Shown piece by piece: positions 38,571 to 50,570 of a DNA stretch of 64,000 nt. The position numbers were made by a program, and so were the translations under genes. Origin of the DNA: Lama glama (lineage: Eukaryota); contig CM052817.1 of NCBI GenBank assembly GCA_028534125.1, positions 97,652,001-97,716,000 on the forward strand, read 5' to 3'. The notes beneath the pieces were generated by a model, which did not search any database, was not told where the DNA came from, and was given only the letters and a program-made list of their open reading frames with translations. The stretch's first letter is position 1. Each line of letters opens with the position of its first letter.

Positions 38571-39961
38571 GGAAAGCATGAGTTTTTCCTCTCTGTGAAT
38601 GTCCGTTAAGTCTTCAGATGTGCAGTTTGAGAAGACAGAACTCTTAGGGAAGCATAAATCCCACTGTCCTTCCAACCAAAACACCCAGATGTAACTGAGC
38701 AATAAAAATAAAAAAAATATTCTCTCTGTTCTACAGAAAGAAGCAAGTTGCCATTTAGAACATTGCTTGTTCGTCTCACAAGTTTCCACTAAGGGTGTAT
38801 ATAACTCTGTATAAATACCCCGCATCCTGACCCATAATATAGCTACAGGGGTTTTCCCCTCTGGCTCTTACGGTTCTATTCTATGTCTAGAAATGCTGGG
38901 GACTGTGGGGAGACAAGTGAGAAGTCTTCCCTGTAAAGGGGAAAGCAAAGAGGGCTCCATCTCTGGGGGCCTCCGTGGGAAGGACACATAGAGCGTGTGG
39001 CATCACCACATGGAAATTGCAAAAACAGTCCCACGTGCGTACCCATGATCATGCATCCCACAAAACTGCTCCTTGCGGTCTCTAAAAATATAAGTTGTTA
39101 TTGAACAGTCTATGTGGCTGGCCAAGTGCTAGGCACTTTTATGTCTCTTATTACTTTGAAATAAACAGGCTAGCAAATTTGCAAGCAAGGAGATGGCTTG
39201 ATGAGAGTAGCTTGGGGGAGAGGTGGTTAATGTGTGGCTTAGTACACAGAGGGGGTCCTTGCAGAGAAACTTGTACTGGAAGCACAAGGTAAGAGGGAGA
39301 CCTTGAAGTGGGAAAGAAAACTAATAAAAGCAGTGCTTTCAGAAATGTCCACAGCAGTGTTTCCCCAGCCCAGGGAGGCTGACATGAGAGGCAGAGCTTT
39401 GCAAAGAGGACCTGTGCTTGCGATGAGCACAGACATTCTCCTTTGATCCCCAGCTCCGTGTTCTCTGGAGCCTGTCATAACCCTGCTGGGTCTGGCTGTT
39501 TGGTACGGGCTCTGCCCTTCCAGTCTGGAGGGCTGCTCAGCCCTGAAGGTGGGGAGGAGGGTGTCAGAAGCACAGATATGGCAGCTGACCCATGAGAGGG
39601 AATATGGTCGAGACTGGAGAGTCAGGACTCAAGGACAAGAACTTGGGAAGGGAGAGAGAGAAAGGAGTCTGCAGAGGACCGGAGGAGGGCTTTGTAGCAA
39701 GATGGAGAGAGACACAATGAGTTAGGCTCCGGTAAAACCAGCGAAAGCAAGTGAGTTTTAAGAAGAAAGGAGTAGTGCTCTTGGGGATCAAGGGTAGGAG
39801 AGCTTGTTAAGCACCTAACCCTAGTTAGGATTAGTTATTCCCTCACCTCTGCGTACCCTGCACAGCTATTATCTTTTTGAGGATCAGCTATATAATCAGC
39901 ACCATGACCTTCTTTACACATACTATCTATTTAAGTAATTATAGGTTTATGAAGTAAATAG

Positions 39962-39994
<33 letters not shown>
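39962..39994. repeat. (CAT)11 trinucleotide repeat
   Basis: Directly visible. A MIR core follows (cagatgaggaaactaaactcag). Confidence 0.97.
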
Positions 39995-41334
39995 TTATTG
40001 GTTGGCTGAGACTGCAGATGAGGAAACTAAACTCAGGAAGATGCGTTTACATGGTCAGCAGAGCTGAGATTAAAACCCAGGTCTGTTTATGCCCAAAGTC
40101 TGAGTTTTTCATACCACTATTAGTTTATGGCACTTGAGTTTCTGTTTGTGTCTCTTCCCGCTCTAAAGGTTAAGTCCCCTTTTCTCTTCCCTCAGTCACA
40201 TAATAAGAACACAATGCAGATTAACTGAAAGAGTGGGAGAAGTGGAATGAAGAAGAACGTACCATTGGAACAGATGATAGAGAAGTAATTGGTACCTCAT
40301 AAAGTCAGATTGCAAAGGAGTCAGCCCTGACCTAAGCCTGGTCTACAACTCCCTCTCCTCTGTGAGAATCTGGGTGCATCTCCAGATTCTCATTTCTATT
40401 GATCTGACTGGGCTAAGAATAATTGTGTAGCTACCTCATGACCATAATTGTTGAGAGTAACATTCTAAATCTCGAATGATTTTTGACTCACTATTCTTTC
40501 TCATTTCCTGAACATGCTGTCTAGCTAACGAAGCTTTTATTTGCATAGAGTTTTCTGTAGTTCTCTAAGGGCCTTGTGGGCTGATCTTGGTGAGAGAAAA
40601 CTCAAGGAATGTTGCATGAAATGGAAGTATTTTGCTCGCTTTGAATATAGCATTTGATTTGCCCCAGCTTGTCATCAAAAAAAGAGACTACATACAGACT
40701 AAAGATGAGTGGAGAAGGACTGCATATCCTCGGATAAATATGACCTGCAAATATTTGATAGTCAGCCCCATTTACAGATGCTCCTCTGCAAATTAGACAG
40801 TTGGATTTTCCCCTAGGGGAGTGAATGTTGGATGACGCTTAAAATTGGGGTGGTGGAATGCCTTTTTATTTAAAAAGTGTGTGCACTAGAAGTCTGCATT
40901 TGAATCAAAAACAGGGATCACTGAATTCATATCAACTCTCACAGATGAGGAAATTGAGATTATCTAACTGGTCTTAAAAATCACAAACCTCAGAAGGTGG
41001 GCAGAACACCTAGGCTCTCGCCCCCTCCTGTTCTCTGATTACCAAAGCAAACTGCCACCTGACGACTCTGCAGTCCCTCCTCTCAAATCCCTGGAAATAA
41101 AATTCTGAGCTTTGCAAATATTTCTAATCTTGGGTCATAACATTTATTATGGGATATTAATACCAGTGTCCACTTTTGGTGCATAAGATAAAAAAACAAC
41201 AACATGGTTTCAGAGCCATGTGGATTCATTGACCTAAGAAATGTTTGCTGAACTTCCATTACATGCCAAGGGGCACAAGGGTGAGGAAGGCAGGGGCCCT
41301 AAGCACCAGGAACTTCAAGGTTATTAAAATTGGC

Positions 41335-41625
41335 TTCTTGTTCTACCATTTAGGGGCTTGATCTTGGTTAGTTACCTCACTTCGTGGAGTTTCAATTTCC
41401 TCATCTGTATAATGGGATAATATCTCCTAGAATTGTATAAAGATATGCATGAAAACCCTCGTACCCAAGAGCTCCGTAAATGGAGATACTATTAGCAGCT
41501 TCATTTTACAGGCAAGGAAATTATGGTTCAGGAAGGCCCAGCAACGTGCCGAAGGGCACACAGCTGTAGGCAATCTGATTCATCCACAGGTCCTGATTCA
41601 GACGGCTGGGACTTTCTGAGCATGC
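41335..41625. mobile_element. Two adjacent MIR fragments in opposite orientation
   Basis: caatttcctcatctgtataatgggataat (plus), then cattttacaggcaaggaaattatggttcag (minus). Confidence 0.6.
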
Positions 41626-42327
41626 TCAAAGGGCCACCCTTCCCTTACATGTTGTTGAATAATATCTCATGCAACAGTTGCTTTCTATGGCATCACGTAT
41701 ATTTGCAATCTCTTTGAATGTGGAAGCAGAGGACAGGGTACCGGAGATGATTTGCCCGACGTTAAGGGGATAAAAACTGATAGTCTTAAATCAATTTCTT
41801 CATCTCTTAGAGTGAAAGAAACCTCAGAGGCCATCTAATTCGTCTTCCCCATTAGGTCATTCAAATAAAGACTTTGTATGTACTGGCTTTCTTGTAAGCT
41901 TTCTGATGTTAATTTTAAAGGATGTTTATCAAGTATCAGATAATCATCGTATCAGAGCCCACGCCGGGTTACAGAGCTTTCCATTTTAGAAAATCATGCA
42001 GTTTGGAACCTGTTCAAATAGCGTGTCCTCTTCGACTAGCATGGTAGGTTTGCTTCTGTGTAAAGTAAAGGAAGGTGAAGTGGTAACTGGCGCCCATTCA
42101 GTAATATTCAAATATGTTTAGAAAGATTTTGATTTACTGGCAAACAACATTTTAATAAGTAGTCATATTTTCTGTTCTCCTACACCAAACTTCATTATAA
42201 GAAAAAAAAAATCTGTTACCTCTTTCAGGACTGAGTTTTAGTGTGCTCACTCTGGGCCAAGTCTAGGAAGAGTCAACCTCATCGTTAGAGTTTCATCCTG
42301 CTGCTTGTCCGTTTCAGCCATCTCTTC

Positions 42328-42725
42328 CCCAGAGTTTCTCCTGCCTCAGGCTCGCTGGGGAGCTTGTTACAAATGTAGATTCTGAAGACTCCTTCAGACC
42401 AACTTAATCTGATCTTCTGGGGGGGGGGGTGGTGGTGCGGGGTGGGTTTGAGAGAATGCATAATTCAAACAAGCTCTCCAGGTGACTTTTCCCCATAATA
42501 AACTTTGAGAACAACCCCAGGTGTGTCTGTTTGTTGTCTCACTCTGGTCCTTGTTTTAAAACAGTGGTTCTTGTGGTTGCCTATAAGAACCACCTGGAAA
42601 GCCTTGAAAAAATATGCTAGAGCCGCACCCTGGGTGATCCTGTCATAATTGGCTTGGGGTAGACCCCAGCCATCAATGTCTTCTCGAAGAGCTTTTTCAC
42701 TCGAAGTCAGAGTTGAGAACCACGG
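42328..42725. mobile_element. Two neighbouring MER5-like relics
   Basis: ggggagcttgttacaaatgtagattc...aacaagctctccaggtgact...ctttgagaac, and cagtggttct...cacctggaaagcc...cagagttgagaaccac. Confidence 0.65.
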
Positions 42726-43319
42726 CAATCCTTCTGGGCTCCGCGCCTGAGGCTCTCACACACCCTCCCTGCCTCCCAGTATTGTGTCGCCTTCCGTCAC
42801 TTTCCAGTTTGAGGCTTCCTTTACCTGCCCTTTGCATCCCTGATTCCTGACAGATGGGATTCACAGACCGTTTGGCATATGAAAAAAGGTACTGTAAAGC
42901 ATGAAAAGCAGGAAGTGCACTCAGTGTTTAACACCTGTATGGCTGGCTCGTAACCTCCAGGAAGGTTGTGTTCTAGTCCTCATCCTATAATTCAGATGCT
43001 GCCCTTTGCACCTGGCTCTGCGATTGGGATTATGGCAGTGACACGCCTTAAAAATAAAACAACAGAAAAGGAATGACTGAGCCGCTGGCTGCCGATGTTC
43101 CCATTTGCTATAATGACATGGGAGACAGTGCTGGGACACGTGTTACTGGACATATGTTAATTTCCTGTAACCTTTGGAAACTCAGGTTGGAGACTAAGAT
43201 TGGTCCATTTCCTCCATTCCAGGACATGTGGGGATTTATTTCCTCTCCTGGATTTTGGTGATCGTTATTTCATTCACCATCTTCATTTATAAATATTTAT
43301 TAGGCATGGCTGCGACTGT

Positions 43320-43660
43320 CATGAGAATGAACGATCTACAAACACGTGCAACAATCTGGATGATTCTTACTCAATGTCGAGCAAAAGAACCCAGACACAA
43401 GAGCAAATGTACTGTATGATTTATGTAAAGTAAAAGCAAATGCAAAATTAATCTATGCTGTTATAAGCCAGGATTGTAATCACTGGAATGTATTGACTGG
43501 AAGGGGCACGATGGGCGACATCTGAGGGGCAAGTAATGTTCTATTTCTTAATCTAGGTGCTACAGTGTGTTGGATTTGTGAAAACTGATTGAGCTTTTAG
43601 GTTGTGATTTGGATATATTTTTGCAACTATCTGATATTCCCAAAAAAAGGTTTAAAAACA
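43320..43660 (+). mobile_element. L1ME-like 3' end
   Basis: atgagaatgaacgatctaca...gcaacaatctggatga...agcaaaagaacccagacacaa...ggaaggggcacga...aatgttctatttcttaatctaggtg. Confidence 0.75.
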
Positions 43661-43679
43661 ATATAAAGAAAAGGTATTT

Positions 43680-44835
43680 CATGGGTACTACAGGACACTA
43701 GGGATTCAGTGGTAATTAATTCAGATCTGTACCCAGCCCTCATAGTATTTGCAGTCAGGTAGGGGATGCAGGGAAGTTAGAGCAAATACAATTTACAAGA
43801 TTTCTGGGGGAAAATGACAGTTTAGAGATTTGAAGTGTGGATAGGAGTTGGCTAGTGTTAGTCGCTAGGGAAGGGAGCATGTTTACCGTAGCAGGAACAG
43901 CCTGGATATGGCTCAGAAGGATGGTGGAACATGGTGGGAATGGAGGAACCAAATGATTTGGTGTGATTGGAATATAGTAAGGGGCTAGTGATGGAAGATG
44001 AGACTGGATGGCTCAGCAGGGACGGATCAAAAAGAACTTGGTAAACCATTTCAGGAGTTGGACTATGTATGATGCTGAGGTCACTGAAAAACAATTGAAG
44101 GGGACATGGCAGGGTGCAGTCCTGATCAAAGGGAGTTTTAGAAAAATCACTGTCACTGCCGGACAAGGAATAGATTGGAGCGGGCAAGTCTGCAGGCTGA
44201 GATGCCTGTAATGCAAGCGAGAGGTAACAGAGGTTTAGCTATGATGGTGGTTGGGGTGGGGGTTGAAATGAGAAGTCTTAAGAGGCATTTAGGAGGTAGG
44301 CTTGCCAAGGCTTGGTATTGTAACCGAGCAGGACCCTGTGGGGCTTTCCCGGGACAGACCCCTCCCCCACACCCTCTGCTGCAGCTCCTCTCTGAAGTAC
44401 CCAGATAATAGCATCTCATGTTTATTTCCTGAGTTTTTCAGATGCTAAAAACCATCACCTAAGGGAAGAATTAACAATTAACTACTTGATGACTGAGAGT
44501 ACATAGCCCCAGACCTTCTGGTGCCCAGGTGTTGATAATATTGACCACCCTGTTCCCTCCGCATGAACCAGTCAGAGGATTGTGCACGAGCTGATCACAT
44601 ACCTGTGAGCTGCCTCCCTCACCTGGCCTTTAAATATGCTTTGCTGAAAACTTTCGAGGATCTGGGAGTTTTATTGTGCGTGAGCCACCTCGTCCTCCTT
44701 GCTCTGCCCTGCAATAAACCTTTCCTTGATCCAAACTCTGATGTTTCATTTTGTTTGGCCTCAGGGTGCAGTGGGCACATGAACTTGCCCTCGGTAACAG
44801 TACTAGATTGGAGGTGAGGGTGAAGGCAGAGGGGT
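43680..44835 (-). mobile_element. L2 relic interrupted by a solo LTR
   Basis: Antisense L2 motifs (gagttttagaaaaatcactgtc.ctg...gagaagtcttaagaggcatttaggaggtag...cttggt) resume after the LTR (tagattggaggtgagggtgaagg). Confidence 0.65.
44319..44799 (+). mobile_element. Solo LTR, ERV1-type (481 bp)
   Basis: TG...CA ends with inverted termini tgtaaccgag / ctcggtaaca. 4-bp TSD gtat/gtac. TATA-like tttaaat near 44630 and AATAAA at 44713-44718. Confidence 0.88.
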
Positions 44836-46749
44836 CAATGCTGTGCAGGAGGACTGCGTACAGGTCTGGGCACCTAGAGAGTGAGACTATCTTAATCCTG
44901 GCTAAGGACTCCCTCACCAAGGTGTCTTTTCCTGCTCTGCCTCCAGTCCTCCCAAAGAGCCGGGTTATTTCAAAACAACCGCATTAAAGGTGAAATGAAC
45001 AGAAGCTGTTAGGTCCATTCATGGGGCAACCTGAGGCAAGTTTCTTCACCGCTAAGTTTCTCAGCTTCTTTCCCGGTAAAATGGTAACAACCAACAAACC
45101 TCACGTACCCACAGGGAAGCCGAGAGGGTGAAATGGAATCCTAATTGTAATCGTGTTACCTAGAAGCAAGGAGTTACTGTTCTTGTTACTATTTCATCAT
45201 ATTAGGTCTTGGAGAGCGTTTCTCAGTAGCTTCTTTCACAACTCCTGTTAGATGATGTAAAATGTCTATGTTCTCTCTACCTGCACATTCATATGAGAGC
45301 CGTTTCCCAGACCCATGGAGAAGGGACTAGAACCGCACCCTCCTTTGTTTCTGCCTTGGAGGTGGGATCTTTCTGTCCCTGTCTTGGCCACGTTGGCATC
45401 TAGGTTCATTCTGTGTTCCTGACAAGTTGCTCCTGAAGTCTGTGCTCCTCCCAGATCTGTTCTCGGCATATTTTACTTCCATAAGCGGCACCAGCATCCC
45501 ACAGGTTCTATGAGCACCAGGAACTGACTGAGGTACCTCCACTTCCTAGGCTGAAAGACAAAATCACTGCCCACAGGTTGCCCACCTCCCATTCGGCAAT
45601 GAAGAAAGTCACAGGTGTCACTTTAGGACGACTCCAACGTTTCATTGGCTGATATCTAAGAAGATACGTGAAAATCCTTCTTTTAACATGTATGTTTGAA
45701 AGTATGTCCAGCATGAATGCTCAGGTTTGTGTCTAATCATGTTTTATTCACAATTTAAATCATGAAATTAGAGATTACTTATATGGCTGACTGAAGGGCT
45801 GACGGGTTGTAATCAGGGTGGAGCAGGGAAGATCAGACTCGACTGCGTATCCTCCTTAAATTCTGAATTCTATCATCATTATTTACCACTATGAAAGTTC
45901 ATTATTTTTAACATTAGGCAAAACATAGATAACAATCAATTTATATAGTTTGATCCAAGAGACAATGAATAACTTGATAGCTGTTGAATATAGAGTATCG
46001 CATGTTATTAGAAAAGAGCTAATATGCCTGAAGAATTTATGACATATTTAACTTACTTTCAGTATCTCTGCGCATCCAGCTGTCTTCCTCAGTATTTGAA
46101 CTCGTACGATGATCTTTAAGCCTGGGGATTCCAGATAGTCTAGGCTCTTTTCTTTCTCACGTCTATCCTGCAACACACTGATTCTTCCCCTGTCTGTGCC
46201 CAGACTGTTCTTTACTCCATTCATTAAGATTTTTATTGCACTGATTCCTTAGTATTTGTGTTGAGTTGCTTTTTAAATCTGCTTGTCTTTGTTACTTTTA
46301 ACATTTAAAACAATCCTAGGTTCCTTTTCCACCTGTGACTCTTAGGTTGTGAATGATGCTGTTTGTGGAGATTCTTTTCTGTGATGCCTTATTCCCTTCC
46401 ACTTGTAATTTTTGACTGTGACCACCTCTTCTGTGCGAACTCCACCACACGCCCTGGCTGAGGGACTGGGCACTCACTCAGTGGGGCTCCGTTTCCCCAA
46501 GACAGACTCTCTCTGGTGCCTTCCTCTCTTCAGATCTGCCGTCTCCTTTAATTCCAGAAACGCCTCCTGCCACCCATTTCTGAACAACCGTACTGTAGAG
46601 CTGTATTCTTCTATTTGCATTTCGTCCATATAGCTGTGGATAAGAAAAGGCCATATTTGAAAGCTTTGGTTAAGAACACTTTAAATCACTGTCATAAAGA
46701 GCATTCATGATGACGAATGGTTGAGCCATTGCTTTACTATCCATACACT

Positions 46750-47140
46750 GATCAAGCACACTTGTGTTTATTACATACTAGGTACCAGGCCCCTTCTGGT
46801 CACTGGAGACACAGAGCTGAGTGGAGCTTATCTAGTTGGGAGATTGACAGGGGAACAATGAGTATATGATCTGACAAACACTGTTACAGAATCATGACAA
46901 AGTGTTCTGGGGGAACAGGCAATAAGAATTACAGCAGCAGTTTCTGGGCACTTTCTTTGTGCCAGGCACTGTGCTAAAGATTCAATTTTGGTACTGCCCC
47001 CGAGAGGCAGCTGACAGTGATGGACACATGTTCTATTCTTGTTCTATAAATGAGAAAGCGCGGTTCATCCCATAAGCAGGACTTAGACCCCCAGTAAGTG
47101 GCAGAATTGGGTTTCCAAGCCTATCTCTCCTGATTCTGGG
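46750..47140 (-). mobile_element. L2 3' fragment followed by MIR
   Basis: ctaggtaccaggc...ctggagacacagagctga; gggcacttt..tgtgccaggcactgtgctaa...tataaatgagaaagc...gtaagtggcagaattggg. Confidence 0.55.
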
Positions 47141-49121
47141 TCACTCCTTGGCAAGAGAAACTGGGGGGACTTCACAGAGGAGTTGGCAACGGAACTGTGT
47201 CTAGGATGAGTGGACTGTAGCCAGGCAGGGGTGTTCTTGGAGGGGAGAATCATAAAAGCACGCAGGGGATCTTGGAGTGGGCAGCTACTTGCTGAGATGG
47301 GGACATCAAAACGTGGAAGCACAGGGTGTCGGGGCAGATGAGTCTGGAAAGGTAGAATGGGGACCACCTCCTGAGGACATCACAGCTACCATTGTCTCTG
47401 GTACTGGCCAGCTCTCCCGTATCACTGGGACTGGAGAGAAGTAATGGGGTTGCGGGTGAGATTGAGGTTAAAGGTAAAGTATATGATTGATGTGTATTTG
47501 AATAAGGAACATATAAAGTAAAGATACCAGCATGGTGTATGAATTCCCTGCTTCTGTTTGCCACATGTATAATGGTACCACAGGGCTACTGTCAAAGGAG
47601 CAGACGCACCCACCATCCTGATGCAGTGTTTACCCTGTAAACACTTACCACCTCACTGTATGGTCCTTCCCTCCCTGTGGAGCATCTGTTTCAGTTTATT
47701 ACTGTACTCCACCTCGAAGCTTTCAACCATCAACTGTTTTTTTTTTTTAATGAGTTGCTATGGTTGAACTTTGAAGGAAGGAAAAAAAAATCCTCCCCCC
47801 CCAGCAGTGTTCTGGAGAGTGCGTGCTCTAGTTGATGACTTCAGACAATCTAGATAAGAGCACATTAATAATAACCCATGATGTTCAGAGGAATGCTCGC
47901 AATCCATTGCTTTTCACCCTTTGGTTGGCATGTGCACGGTTGGTCATCATGTAGGTAGAAGCATCTCCCTGTAAGGCACGTCACTCCGGTCTTGTGCTGC
48001 ATTTTGGGGTTTTTGCAATGTAACTGAGACAGTATTTCCAATTGGTGTGACAAATAATGCTTTGAGGCATTTTCTGCATTCACAAAGAGATTCCTCTCCT
48101 TTCCTGGTGGATCTTGTATAGAAAGTGTAGACAGAAGAGTGCTAACTTTCTGTGACCCTTTGTGCATTATGGATGTTTCCCTCTCAGGTGCGTGTGTACA
48201 GTGATTAAAGAGAAGTGATCTGAGCACATGAGTTCATTTGAAATCCCAATTAAAGTGACTCATAACCATCACAGGTTTAGTTGAACTTGTGTTCTTGGGT
48301 TGTGCTCAATGTCAGCCATTCTTTTAATTTCAGGGACGGATCATCACTAAATTCTTGTATTTATTTCCATTTTGCCAATTAGCTTAAGTTGTTAGTGCAA
48401 ATTTATATGTCCTTTTTCTTCTAAGTCCTTGCCAATTACTTTGGAACATTGAACACTTAACTGTGCTTGCTCTGGGATACTAGCAATGAAACAGTAATTA
48501 ACTGAGATATTTGCCTCTTTTCCTTAAAAGCTAGAAAAGAGGGTTATCCTCCAATAAATAGGCTTAAAGCAACAGGTTGGTGACTCTTTTGATAAAAAGT
48601 TTTTAATCATCATTTACATGTAGTTTTTTTTGCATTAAACCCTACAGAAATGAAAACAAACCAAATTAAGTTTTGTTAAATATACGAAAATGTTAACAGA
48701 TCAAATCTGGCATGGCTCAGTGATGCTCTACAATTTATATGACATTTTAAATGAATCATAAAATGTTAATCAAGTAGAAATCTTGACCAAATCCAAATGA
48801 TCTGCTATAGAGATGAAGCAAATGGAATTTTCTTTTCTAATTATATTGTTTATCTTTAAAAAATCCATTTATGGTTACTGAAGAACAGACAGAAATAATT
48901 TTTATAATACTTTAAAATTAATCTTTTCCATCACCTTCAACATGTTGGTTATTTTCCTGTGGAGAAAAGTGAAATGGGGATAAATTAGCTCAAATGTTGT
49001 CTCAATAGTGCAGCTGGACTTCAGACACCCTTAGGGACAATCAATAGATTGGCAACATTTACTGATTCTCTACTAATGCATCTAGATAAGGATGCTATAG
49101 ATCTGACAAGATACAAAGTAA

Positions 49122-49151
49122 TGTGTGTGTATATATTGTGTGTATATATGC
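49122..49151. repeat. (TG)/(TA)n simple repeat
   Basis: Directly visible. Confidence 0.85.
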
Positions 49152-50134
49152 TATATATATATATATATATATGTACATTTATACTTTCCAACCCACTGTG
49201 ATTTTATAAGCTGCTTAATATGGATCTAGTACTTTAGCAGCATAAAGTCCAGATATGATGTGAGAAGATTATTTTGTGTTGCGTGACCTTCAGGTACTTG
49301 ATCAGGGGCAAAGACTGAGATGGAAATGATTGAGATCTGAGTTGAGAAGTTCTGAAAGTAACACGGGTAAGAGAGCCTCTAGTGAACAAAGGTGTAGTGT
49401 ATTCATGGAAGCAGCAATCGTGTACTTCACTTCTTAGAGGTCTTCAACTCAGTTTACTGGGAGATCATTTTATTTAATGTCAATATATAGTCAATTTTGT
49501 TAGGTAAATTAAAAACATTTAGTTAAAATATTATACGGCCATTTTTTCCCTAGGTATTAGATGGGTTTCATAAAATCAGAAATTCTTAGGAAGCAATTGT
49601 TAAAAATCAACAACTTTCAAAAAAAAAAGTCAACAACTTTCTCCTCCTAAGTTCAATGCCGTTTGCTCTGCAGCAGGAGATGTCACTGTGCACTGCTGAC
49701 ATTCCTTAGTTAGAGCATCCTTTCTTTCAGAATCTGGGTCTCTGGGCAATGGGAACGTAACCAGAGAAGGAAAGGTAGCTTGTGTTAGATTTCCATATCC
49801 CAAAGGAAGTCCATTTCTTCTCTTCCTGAAACCGCTCCATGTGGCTCATACTTGACTTCTCTCTCTTTTAAGAATGAGAGTTCTATTTCCTATGAAGTTT
49901 ATTACATTTCTGAGAGTGAAACCTGGTGCAACTCTTCTGATGTGGACGTGTCATGACTAGGTGGGAAGATTTTTAACTTCATTTCAGTTAGAACGTAGGC
50001 TCTTTTCCTTAGAAGGCTAATGGTTCATGAGGACATCTGTATCTTTGTTTTTCTTTAGGCATTTCCAATTCCCCCCTCAACCTCTGAATGAGTGTGACAA
50101 AAATCATTCTCGCATTTCATCTTAATATGATATA

Positions 50135-50570
50135 AAAAGAAATATATTATCAGATGCTCGTTTCTAATAGACACCTCAGTCTTGGCGTTTCCAAGCTGAA
50201 CTCCCGATCTCCAGCCCACGTGCCCCATGACCCTCCCGTCTTGTAACTGACTCTTCCCTCCACCTTCCTGGTATAATGCCACATCATCCTACTTACTTAG
50301 GACAAAAACCTTGGAGCAAGCCTCATGCCACTTTGAACCACCCCATCCTGGTCTACCTTGTCCCACTTACTGTGCTCGATTTTTAATTTTCCTCACAGAA
50401 CTTACCAGCTTCTAACACACACCATGACTTACTCATTTATACTGTGTATCACCTATTGTCTGTGTCTCCAGATCAGAATGTAAGCTTCTCAAAGGCACGA
50501 GGACAAGGATCTTTGACCCAAGGGTCTCTGTAGATGACACTCAAGAAACAATTGTGAATAAATGATGAAA
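50135..50570 (+). mobile_element. L2 fragments
   Basis: tcagatgctc...agacacctca...ccaagctgaactcc...caaaaaccttggag; agaatgtaagcttctcaaaggca...gaataaatga. Confidence 0.6.

Noticed and set aside
42419..42447. G-rich run with G-quadruplex potential
   Set aside because: An expanded G tract inside a MER5 relic, with no evidence of function.
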